Origin: Lama guanicoe
Lineage: Eukaryota
Assembly: GCA_013239625.1 (NCBI GenBank)
Contig: MU054166.1
Location: forward strand, 281,035-345,034
Direction: 5' to 3'
Length of the DNA stretch: 64,000 nt
The position numbers and the translations under genes are program-made. This document shows positions 54,160 through 64,000 of the stretch, piece by piece. The notes below the pieces were generated by a model that worked only from the letters and a program-made list of their open reading frames with translations, searched no databases and was not told the origin of the DNA. How positions within the stretch are numbered: position 1 is the first letter of the stretch; every line of letters begins with the position of its first letter.

Positions 54160-54720
54160 CTCTAATCTATATTTCACATGTTCAATCTCCCCAGCACTAA
54201 CTGAGGACAATGTTTTTTCTTCATTTTATACTCTTCCTTCTTTATTCATAGGTTAATTGATCATATGTGTGAGGGATTATATCTCGTTGCTCTATTCTCT
54301 TCTATTGATTGGTGTCTGTTTTTGATCCAGTATCATGTTGTTTAAATTACTAATGCTTTATAGGACTCTTTAACATCACAGTATTTTTCGCTATTAGATT
54401 TAATACTCTTTTTCAAGGTTACTTTGGCAAGTCATGATCTTTATGGTTACATATAAATTTTGAAATTATTTGTTCTATTTAATGGAAAAATCTCATGGGT
54501 ATTTTGACATGAATCACACTAAACGTAGATTGCTTTGTGTAGTATGTTTATTTCAACCACATAGTTTAACATCATTAACATAAGAAATCTTTTCTTTTCT
54601 TTGGATCAGATTTAATTTTTTCATTAATGTTTTCTATTTTTAAATGTATAGGTTTTCATCTTATTTATTAACTTGATTTCTAGGTATTCTTTACTTATAT
54701 TTATAATTATATACATTATA
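54160..54720 (-). mobile_element. Old LINE-1 fragment (paralog of 19530-20080)
   Basis: Colinear with unit 1. Confidence 0.7.
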
Positions 54721-54729
54721 TTTGTAAAC

Positions 54730-57700
54730 TCGTTTCCTACACAAATACAACAGGCAGAAGGCAATGGCAAGACATATTCAAAGTCCTGAATGAAAGAAAG
54801 CTGTAATCTAATATAATTTATCAAGCAAGACTATGCTTTAGAATAGAATGAGGGATTAATAACTTCCATAATAGCAAATACTAAAAGAATTTATCAACAG
54901 AAATGATATAATGAATGATCTACTCTAAAGAAAAGAGGCAGGATGCTATAGAAAGGAGAAAGTCATCATTAGAAAGGCAATAGGTACCATGACATAAAGT
55001 AGAATATACATGATGTTGTAAAACAGGACATCATAATTTTTAAGGTTCAGATATTGAAACAGGACAATAGAGAGTATTTTCTTCTTGTTTCTCTTCTCTG
55101 TAGGAGGGGTTAGAGTTTGCATTACTATCAGTCAAAATTAACAGATATATTAACGGGTCAATATACATACAAAAGAGGATAACCATAAGTCAAAAGCTTA
55201 CAATGAAGTAACAAAGCCAAAAAGAAACCAAGATATTAAAGAAAACTTATAAAGCCACAAAAAGAAAAAGAAATGAACAAAAGGGAAATAGAAAATCAAC
55301 TGGGAAATGAAGTTCAAAATGGAAATAAACAGCAGTCTTTCAATAATAATCACAATTGTTAATAGACTAAGTGCTTCGATCAAAAGATATATATTGTCAG
55401 ATGGGATAATATAACAAGACACTACATTATGAAGCATACAAGAGACCCACTTTAGTAAGAGGAAAACACATCAATTGAAAGTCAGAAGATGGAAAAATAT
55501 ATTCCATGCAAATGGACATGACAAGAAAGCAAGACTATCAGTACTGACGTCACACAAAATGGACTTTACATGAAAGGCCATAGAGAAAGATAAACAAGGG
55601 CATGGTATAATAATTAAAGGATCAATACAAAATGAGGGTATTATACTCATTAAGATATATGCACTCAATATAAGAGCACCTTAATACATAAAGAAAATAT
55701 TAATAGATAAAAAGGGAGAAATCGGAGGGAACACAATCAAAGTAGGAGACTCTAACTCCCCATTAGCATCACTAGACAGGTCTTTCAGACAGAATATTAA
55801 TAATGGAACAAAGATACTAAAAGATACGATGAACTATTTGTAGTTGGTTGATATTTTCAAAACACTACTTCTCCCCAAAACAGAATATACATTCATTTCC
55901 AGTGCCCATGGAACATTTTCTAGGAAAGATTATGTACTCAGGCACTGAAGAAGCCTCAAAAATTTTAAGAAGATAAAATTTATTTCAACCATCCTTTCTG
56001 AGTATAATACCATGAAACAAAAAAAAATCACAGAAAAACGGAGAAAAAATGACAGCATGGAGATTAAACAACATGGTACAAAAAAAGTAGGGGAAGTGAA
56101 GAAGTAGAATAAGAAATTAAAAATATATCAAGAAATTTGACAAAACCCTATGCAAAGTTTATGGAATACAGATAAAGCAGGCTTAACAGGGAAGTTCATA
56201 GGAACAAGGCCCTCCACAAAGTAGAAGAGTAATTTCAAATAAATAATCTAATGTTCTATGTACACTAATCATGAAAGAAGAGCAAACAAAACCAAAAGTC
56301 AGCAGAAAGAGGGAAATAATTATGATTAAGGAAGAAAGAATTGAATTAGAGTTTAAAATATAGAAAAAAATCAAAACATTTTTTGAAATAGTAAACAAAA
56401 TTGACAAAACTCAGGAGAGACACATCAACAAGAATAGAGAGAGAATACAAATATCATAAGAAATGACAATGGAGAAACCACAAAGAGTACAAAAATTTGC
56501 AAAATATCATAAGGGACTACCATGACCAATTATATGGAAACAAACTGGAAAACCAGGAAGAAATGTAGAAGTTTCTGGAAACATTCAGCCCACCATTTTT
56601 GCATTAAGAAAATATTGACCATTTGGACAGACAGATCACCAGAAATGGAATACAATTATCAATAAAATAAAAAATCTCTGCAAACAAAATTCAGAACCAA
56701 ATAGATTCACTGGGGAAATTGATCAAACATTCAAAGAAAAATCCATACCAGTCCTCCTCAAACATTTCCAAAAGCTTGATATGAAGAGAGTACTCCCAAT
56801 CTCACACCATAAGGGCAACACCAACCTGATATCAAAAACAGACAAAGACACTACCCCAAAGACAACAATAGGCCAATATCATTGATAAACATAGATGTAA
56901 AATTCTTTAAGAAATTATTAACAAACAGAATCCAACTGCATGTAAAAAATGATTATACACCATGGTCAATTTAGGTTCATACCAGGAACACAAGGATGGT
57001 TGAACATATGCAAATCAATCAATCAATTGTGATACACCATATCAACAAAACAGGACAAAAAAACACATGATCATCTCAGTAGATACAGAAAAAGCATTTG
57101 ATAATATTTAACACCTATTTGCAATAAAAGTTCTTATCACAGTGGGCATAGAGGGACCATATCTCAACATAATGAAAGCTATTTATGACCAACATATAGC
57201 TAGCAAAATACTCAATGGTGAAAAACTGAAACCCTTCCCACAAAACCTGAGACAAGACAAGGTTGCCCATTCTCACAATTTCAATTCAATATAGTCTCAG
57301 AAGTTGTAGCCACAACGATCAGGCAAGAAAAAGAAACAAAAGGATTCAGACTGGAAAAGAAGAGGTAAAATTGCCACGATATGCAGACATGACACTATAT
57401 ATAGAAAACTGTTAAATTTTCACAAAAATCTACATAGGCTAAAAAAGGTACTGGGCAAGGTACCCAGAGTAATGTACAAAAACCAATTGCATTTATTTAC
57501 ACTAAAATTCAATCAACAGGAAAACAAAGTATAGAAATAAGCGCTTTTATAACTGCACTCAAAACTATTAAATGCCTAAGAATAAATCTGACAAAGGAGG
57601 TGAATATCTTATACATGGACAACTAGAAAACATTGATTGAGGAAATCAAAAAAGATTTGAAGAACTGAAAAGATACCCAATGAAAGTGTATTGGAAGAAA

Positions 57701-59440
57701 CAAAATTGTTAAAATGGCCATACTGCCCAAGGCAATCAACAGACTTAATGTGATTCCCTATCAAATTATGAAAACATTCCTTTTTACGACTGAACCAAAT
57801 GATCCTAAGATTTACACAGACTCATAAAAGATCCATAATTTCCAAAGCAATATTCAAAAAAATGGAAGACGATGGAGGAAAAAAGCACCAGGTCTCCATA
57901 CACTATAGCAGAGCTACAATAATCAAAATGGCAGGATATTGGTACCGAAACAGGCATATGGAGCAATGGAACAGAATACAGGGCCTAGGAATAAATCTAC
58001 AAGCCTATGTTGAAATAATCTTTGACAGAGTAGCCAAGAATATGACAGAGGAAAGAACATCTCTTCACCAAATGCTGTTGGGAAAACTGGATAGCAGCAT
58101 ACAGAGCAATGGAGTTAGAACACTCCTTCACTCCATACACAAGAAAAAACTCAAAATGGCTTGAAGACTTAAATGTAAGGCAAGACACAGTAAATCTCCA
58201 AGAAGTAAACAGGTAAAATACTCTGAGATAAATCTCAGCAATGATCTCCTAGAACAGCCTACCCAGGTAATGGATGTGAGAGCAAAATTAATAAATGGGA
58301 CCTAATTAAACCTATAAGTTTCACACAGCAAAGGGGATCATAAACAAAGCAAAATGACAACCTACAGTATTAAATAAAATATTTAGAAATGATGCAACTG
58401 ACAAAGTCTTAATTTCCATAATATAAAGACTTCATACAACCTAATAATAATAAAAAAAACAAGAAACTCAATCAGAAAATGGGCAGAAGCCCTAAACAAG
58501 CAATTCTCCAATAGAGACATACAAATGCCACACAGATATATGAAAAAAATTGCTCACTATCATTATTAGAGGAGGGCAATTTAAAACTATAATGAAGAAT
58601 CACCTCACAATAGTCACAATGGCCATCATTCAAAATCCACAAACAATAAACTCTGGGGAAGCTTTGGAGAAAATTAACTCTCCTACACTGATGGAAGGAA
58701 TGTAGTTTGGTGCAGTCATTGTGGAACACAGGATGGGGATTACTCAAAAGGTTAAAAATAGACAACATATGATCCAGCAATCACAATTCTGTGTATATAT
58801 CAAAGAGAAATCTAATTCAAAATGTCACCTGAGCCCCAATGTTCCTACCAGTGCTATATACAACAGCCATGACATGGAAGCAACCTAATTGTCCAACAAC
58901 AGATGACATAATTCAGAAGTTATGCCATATTTACACAATGGAAAGATATTCTCCAATAAAAAATGATAAAACAATGACATTTGCAGCAAAATGGATGTCC
59001 CCAAAAAGTGTCATTCTAATTGAAGTAAGCCAGAAAGAGAAAGAAAAATAACACATGACATGACATATGTGGAAGCTTAAAAAAAAATTTGGACGAGAAC
59101 ACAATGATTTAATCTACAAAATTTAAGCACACACTCAGACCTACTAAACAATTTTATGATTACTCTGGAAAGGGGCTGTGAGAGTATATATTTGGGAGCT
59201 TTAGAATTATACATGTTATCCACTATATACAAAAATAGATTTTTTTAAAATTTCTTTTGTATGACACAGGAAAGTAAGTTAAATATCGTGAAGTAACATT
59301 CATTAGGTACACAAATGTATGCATGTACGGGAACAATGTGCTATACACCACAGATTGACACATTTTAACTGGCAGTATTTCAATGATAAATAAATGAATA
59401 AATATGTAAATATATAAATAAATAATATCTAAATAAAAAA
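54730..59440 (+). mobile_element. Decayed LINE-1, ORF1 end to 3'UTR (paralog of 20095-24790)
   Basis: ORF2 fragments YSRATIIKMAGYWYRNRHMEQWNRI and TWKQPNCPT; colinear with unit 1. Confidence 0.92.
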
Positions 59441-59449
59441 TATTTAGTA

Positions 59450-60300
59450 ATAAATGAAATACAAAGATTCACACTACTTAACTTTTCACCACAAATTCTA
59501 GGGGAAAACAGAAAGAATAAAGAAGAGAATTGAGTGAATGATAGTAAGGCAAATAACAAGAGAAACAATTGAAAAGATAAAAAAAAATATACCAAAGTCT
59601 GTTTCTTTTAAACATAAAGTGAACAAACGTTTAGGTTGGCTAAGAAAATAAAGACTCAAATAAAATTAGAAATAAAAGAGAAGGTATTACCACCGATGTC
59701 TTAGAGATGCAAAGCATCATAAGAAATTACCAGTAGACAACGATTTGAATGACTTAGAACAAAAGACAAATTCCCAGTAACATATGTCTTCCAATATTGA
59801 ATCAAGAAGAAATATGAAAGTTAAATAGAGCAAAAGTGTGAAGGAGTAAATAATAATCCAAACTTCCCAAACCAGAAAATATTTTCATGACGAATTTACT
59901 GGTGAATTATTTCATACACTTCAAAAAAAATTTTTTACCATTTCTTCCCCAAATCTTCCAAGAAGCTGAAGGGTCTGAAAGATTCCAAACATGTTTTATG
60001 AAGCCAGATTTATTTGCATAACAATGATAGAAAGGACATTATATGCAAAATATTGAATATTATACCTGATGTACATATGTGCCAAAATTATCAACAAAAC
60101 ACAAGCAAAATGAATTCAACATCACATTTAAAATATAATACACATACATGAGTAAAGGGATTAATCCCTGGATTTAAGGATACTTCAAAATATTCAAATC
60201 AATAAAGGTAAAATGCCACACTAATAGAATGAGAAGTAAAACTCACATAATCTTCTCAATAAGTGCAGAAAGTGTATTGTATATAATGCAACATAATTTT
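59450..60300 (+). mobile_element. LINE-1 ORF2 fragment (paralog of 24800-25660)
   Basis: Colinear with unit 1. Confidence 0.75.
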
Positions 60301-60329
60301 AACTTAATTCCATCAAATTAAATTAACCC

Positions 60330-60763
60330 TGTCAGTGGCAAGATATCATAAACACACAAACACTGTGTGGAGAGAAACGAAGCAGTTCTCTGTTTACTGA
60401 TTCTTAGAAGAAGGCTTTATATAGGACATGCACAATGCCTCACATATCATCTAAGTTATAAGAATGATAATAATATTAAGCTATTTATGTCCCCAAGCTC
60501 CTGCAGTAAGCACAGGATGTTAATTGATCAAGGATTGTTTTAAAGTTCATCATGGTACTACATTAAGTAGGCCATCTCTTATCCAGCCAGCTGTGCCTGT
60601 CTTAGGTTGTCCTCCTCTGAGAATCTTACCCAGAATATGATATCCAGCCATTCATACTGGATACATTGAGTAGGCCATTTCTTATCCAGCCTGGATATGC
60701 GACATTCCTCACAGCTTGTTTATCAGTTCAGCCCATGGGCTTAATCTCTAGAGCCTTCAGACA
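60330..60763 (-). mobile_element. Solo ERV LTR (paralog of 25684-26117)
   Basis: TG...CA termini; TATATAAA at 60416-60423; poly-A signal reads AGTAAA (60393-60398). Confidence 0.68.
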
Positions 60764-60834
60764 GGAGCCTACAAACCCAACATCACTTGACAGAAAACTG
60801 GATGAAGAAAATTTGATGTATATATGCAATGGAA

Positions 60835-63800
60835 TCAATACTTTGCATTCCTATCAACAATGTCCACGCTTTTCTTTTTTCTCCACAATCTCACCAATAT
60901 CTATTTGTTTTCTATTTTATGAGAGCCTTCTGACAATTGTGAAGTCTTGTCTCATTTTTGGTTTATGACTTTCCTAATAATTTATAACTCTGAAAATATT
61001 TTCATGTGTCATTTAGCCAACTATATGTTTTCTACAGAAAATTGATTCAGATCTATCTTTTCAGTTCCTTTGGATTTTTTTTTAATTGGATTATTTGGTC
61101 TTTTTTGTTGTTGTTGTGGGGAAAGAGTTTGCCATATATTTTGGATATTAACACTAGATTCGAAAATATAACTTACAAATATATTCTCCCATTGTGTTTG
61201 TTGACTTTTCATTTTATTGATCATTTCTTCAGCAGTGTAAATCTCTTTAGAGTGATACAATCATAATTTGTTAGTTTTGTTTCTGCTTCCCTTCTCAGAG
61301 GAGTCATATGAAGAATCATTTTAAGTCCAATGTCAGAGTGTACTTCTTATGTTTTACTCTATGATTCTTTGTTTTCAGGATTTATGTTTTATATGCCCAG
61401 GAGTGGTACTGCTGGGTCATATGAAAGGTCTAATTTTATTATTTGAAGGAATTTCCATACTGGATCCAAAGTGGTTTCACCAATTTTCATTCCCACCAAC
61501 AGATTTGGAGAGTCCCATTTTCTCCACAACCACCCATTCTTTATTATTTGTAGACATTTGAATGACAGTCCTTCTCAATAGTGTGAAGTAAAACATTATT
61601 TTATTTTTGTCTTGCCTTTGTATAATGATTAGCAATGTGAGCATGTTTTTCTTTTCCTGTTTGTCATCTGTGTGTCTCCTTTAGAGAATTGTCATCGGCT
61701 CATTTTCCCTCTGAGTTGTTTGTAGATTTTTGAAATGGAGTTTTATGAACAATGTGTGTATTTTAGAAATTAGCCTCTTGTTGATGCATTGTTTCCTCAT
61801 TTGCAATTTCATCATTTCATTTTGTTATTTTGCTGTGTAGAAGCTTTTATATTTAATTAGGACCTATTTGTTTATTTTGTTTTTATTGTTTTCATCTTGG
61901 GAGACAGACATAAGAAAATTTTGCTACAATTTATCTCTTGTTTTGCTTATGTTAGTTTCCAGGATTTTTATTGTGTCATGTATTATATTCAGATATTTAA
62001 ATCATTTTGAGTTCATTTTTGTACAGTGTGAGGGAGTGTTCTAATTTCATTGATTTACATGTAGCTGTTTAGCTTTCTCAACATCTCTTGCTGAATACTG
62101 TCTTTTCAGCATTGTATATTTTTGTTTCCTTTGTCATAGTTTTGTTAACCATAAGTGTGATGTTTTATTACTGCCTCTGTGTTACATTCAAGTTATATAG
62201 TTGTTTGGTTCTTTTCCAGCATTGTGCTGTTTTGATTACGGTATTATTGTAATATAGTCTGAGAACTGGGATGGTTATAAGTTATGCCTCCAACTTTGTT
62301 CTTTTTCCTCATTGTTCCTTTTGCAGTTCTGGTTCTTTTGCAGTTCCATACAAATCATAGGAGTGTTTTTAGTTCTGTGGTAAATATCATGTATTTCAAT
62401 CTGAATCAATTTATATCTGTAGACATCTTTTGTAGTATGTATATTTTAACAATATTAATTACTCTAAGCAAAGACCTTGAGATTTACTTCCATTTCCTTG
62501 CATCATCTTCAAATTTCTTTATCAGTGTCCTATTCATTTTATTATGTTGGTTTTTTCATAGGTTTTTCATTTTTTGATCTGATTTCTTATGGATCTTAGA
62601 AAATAATCTTATATTTCATTGTGTAAAAAATGTGACAGTTTTTGTATATTAATCATGAATCATGCTACTATGCTAAATGTCTTTATTAGTTTTAGTTGTT
62701 TTGGTGTGGAGAATGTTTAGGGTTCACTATATAGATTATCATGTCATCTAAAATAAGAACAGTTTTACTTCATTCAATCTAACTTGAATAACATTTTTTC
62801 TTGTGTGATTACTGTTGCTAGAACTACCCATACTGTGTTTAATAAAAATGGTGAAAGTGGGCATCCTTGTCTTATTCCTTAATTTGGCATTCAGTTATTC
62901 ACTTTTGCATATTATGCTGTCAGTGGGTCTGTAATGAATGACTTTAGATATGTTGATATATATTCCATGAATCCTACTTTGCTAAGAGGTTTCTGTCATT
63001 GTTGCTGTTGTTCTTGTTGTTGTTGTTGCTGTTGTTGCTGTCATAATGAAAAAATGTTGAATTTTATGAAATGCTTGTTATGGATTTATTGGGATGACCA
63101 TGTCATTTTCTCTTTTTCTTTTGTTAATGTGGTGTATCAAACTGATTGATTTGTGTATGTTGAACCTCTCTTGTGACCCTGCAGTGAATCCAAGTTGATC
63201 AATGTGTATGATATATTTTAGGTATTGCTGGATTTAGTTTGCTAATAATATTTTGTAGAATTTTTGCATGTAAATCTATCAAAAATAATGGCTTCAATTT
63301 GCCTTTGCCCATACTTTTTTTGTTGGTTTAGCTATCAGGGTGATGAAAGCTTCATAGAAATAATTTTGGAGTTTCCCACATATTTTTTTCCCACATGTTT
63401 GAATAGATTGAAGAGTATAAGTTCTGCTTTGTAATTTTGTACACTTCTCCATGGGAGCTGTTTATATCTGCACTTCAATTCAACAATTTTTTAAATGCAG
63501 ATTCTATCTTTCTTCTAGTAAACAGTTTGTTCAAATTATTTGTTTCTCCTTATCTCTGTCTCTTTCTAGACATTTGTCTATTTCTTCTAATTTTCCCAGT
63601 TTATTGGCATGTAAGTGTTGACAAAATGATCCCTTTTTTGTATATCTGAGGTAACAAATGTTATTTCTCATCTTTTATTTCTTAATTTATTTCTTTGGAG
63701 CATATACATTTTCTTCATGATGCACCTGGCTTGAGGTTTTTTGAATTGCTTATCTCAAAAAGAAAACATAAAACAAAATAGTTGGTTTTATTACTCTTTA

Positions 63801-63845
63801 GCAGAGTTTTATTTCTCTATGATTTATATTTACACCTGTAATATT
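60835..63845 (-). mobile_element. Antisense LINE-1 fragments (paralog of 26190-29205)
   Basis: Colinear with unit 1. Confidence 0.85.
62999..63040 (+). repeat. Interrupted (TTG/CTG)n microsatellite
   Basis: Direct reading. Confidence 0.88.
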
Positions 63846-63852
63846 TAGGATG

Positions 63853-64000
63853 ATTTTTTTCTATTTTTCACTTTTTTTATTGATTTGAACTCATTTTACA
63901 AAGTTGTATCCAATTCCATCATAGAGCACAATTTTCCAGTTATAATGAACATATATACATTTTTTTCCCATTTTTTCATTTTTGAGCTGCTGTAAGAACT
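63853..64000 (-). mobile_element. 3' end and poly-A of the next copy of the near-full-length L1
   Basis: Matches 29213-29360 (poly-T, tcattttacaaagttg, tagagcacaatttt, aatgaacatatatacat). Confidence 0.88.

Larger units (their letters stand above)
34870..64000 (+). repeat. Tandem amplicon unit 2 (truncated by window end)
   Basis: Colinear copy of 1-29360. Hand counts: 13/180 mismatches (7681-7860 vs 42301-42480) and 24/180 (20941-21120 vs 55569-55748). Confidence 0.97.

Noticed and set aside
1..64000. CRISPR arrays, tRNA/rRNA genes, prokaryotic systems or an active retrotransposon
   Set aside because: The sequence is mammalian. I saw no spaced direct repeats or structured RNA genes, and all L1 ORFs are disrupted.

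Overview
AT-rich mammalian genomic DNA made of two head-to-tail copies of a ~34.6-34.9 kb unit: 1-29.36 kb aligns to 34.87-64.0 kb, with ~87-93% identity in hand-counted samples. Each unit holds one intron-containing HSFY (Y-linked heat shock transcription factor) copy on the minus strand, inside a ~6 kb L1-free island surrounded by nested, decayed LINE-1 elements, a solo LTR and microsatellites. Both copies look inactivated. Copy 1 (15772-17440) has at least 2 nonsense codons and 5 indels. Copy 2 (50400-52075) has one 1-bp deletion and one nonsense codon. No lesion is shared between the copies. This fits an ampliconic HSFY array on a cetartiodactyl Y chromosome; the L1 3' ends resemble camelid L1s from memory, so the species is an inference. 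HSFY amplification is already known in this group. The more unusual features are the low identity between copies, the independent decay, a near-intact copy 2 whose first stop may escape NMD, and a co-amplified same-strand LTR. No intact protein-coding gene, RNA gene or CRISPR array is supported. Repeat boundaries were set by eye and are approximate.
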